DNA from: a virus
Lineage: Duplodnaviria > Caudoviricetes
DNA: 35,310 nt
Direction: 5' to 3' (one strand)
IMG/VR virus record: IMGVR_UViG_3300049594_000559
Location: 1-35,310 of that record
This document shows, one piece after another, positions 34,780 to 35,310 of the stretch. How positions within the stretch are numbered: position 1 is the first letter of the stretch; each line of letters opens with the position of its first letter. The notes below the pieces were generated by a model. The model worked only from the letters and a program-made list of their open reading frames with translations. It had not been told where the DNA came from and ran no database searches. The translations under genes were made by a program, and so were the position numbers.

Positions 34780-34821
34780 TTGTCTCCAAACACACCAGCA
34801 TGAAACAGTTGAGAGGATGAA

Positions 34822-35310
34822 GTGCCAGCACTGAATTGGGGCCTGATTCACGACGGTGGCATCCTCGAATCGATGATGCACGCTATTCTGTACGCCCAAG
34901 ATCCGCAGACCATTCTTTTTGGACGACCTGGGAAGGACGCCGGCCAGGATGCGCGCACAGCTGACGGCCACATCGTTTTTCAGTCGAAGTATCGCGATGG
35001 TATGGATATGGATATTGCTGTAGGCCTGGCGCTCGAAGAACTTGAACAGATCAAAAAGTACCGCGCTGCTACCCATGCGAACCATAAGCATTGGAAGGAT
35101 GCAACGAAGTGGGTGTTGTTCGCCAACCTTTCGATCAATCCGAATGACGATGGGAAGTGGATTAGCAAGGTTATTCCTGAGTTCGCAAAAGTCGATTTGG
35201 CCGCTGAGTATTGGACCAAGGAGATAATCGAGGCCAAACTCGCCGAAGTGTCACAAGTTCGCGAAGTGTATTTCGGTCAGGAGAACCGCGTCCTTGTAGG
35301 ACTGAAAGAA
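34822..35310 (+). CDS. Partial ORF with an Mrr-like restriction endonuclease domain (runs off the window)
   Basis: SD GAGAGGA then GTG; frame open to the end of the window; GRPGKDAGQD...VFQSK fits a PD-(D/E/Q)xK motif; absent from the ORF track. Confidence 0.7.
   Translation, partial: MPALNWGLIHDGGILESMMHAILYAQDPQTILFGRPGKDAGQDARTADGHIVFQSKYRDGMDMDIAVGLALEELEQIKKYRAATHANHKHWKDATKWVLFANLSINPNDDGKWISKVIPEFAKVDLAAEYWTKEIIEAKLAEVSQVREVYFGQENRVLVGLKE

Overview
The window has three parts; the gene families and tRNA features suggest a Planctomycete host (inference). (1) 1.2-20.2 kb is the morphogenesis region of a siphovirus-type prophage. It encodes a GpA-type terminase, a lambda-type portal, a protease-capsid fusion, head-tail and tail genes, a tape measure protein and a (Gly-Ser-Ser)n fibre-like protein, then a GT71-like glycosyltransferase and an FkbM methyltransferase. 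(2) 20.2-27.9 kb is a co-oriented translation-related cassette, flanked by two diverged copies of the FkbM 3' end. It begins with a 44-codon leader ORF followed by mutually exclusive antiterminator and terminator hairpins, which looks like an attenuator. Downstream are 36 tRNA/tRNA-like genes covering all 20 amino acids, five covarying Y-RNA-like genes (two with a full permuted tRNA-mimic domain), two copies of another unrecognised hairpin RNA, an HNH nuclease, Ro60/Rsr (TROVE) and Pth2. (3) 28.1-35.3 kb holds a serine recombinase-ParB-ParB-repeat protein module and decayed mobile or defence fragments. The best candidate for an undescribed system is the attenuator-controlled tRNA/Y-RNA/Ro60/Pth2 cassette. 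All calls were made by eye; no database searches or folding programs were run.
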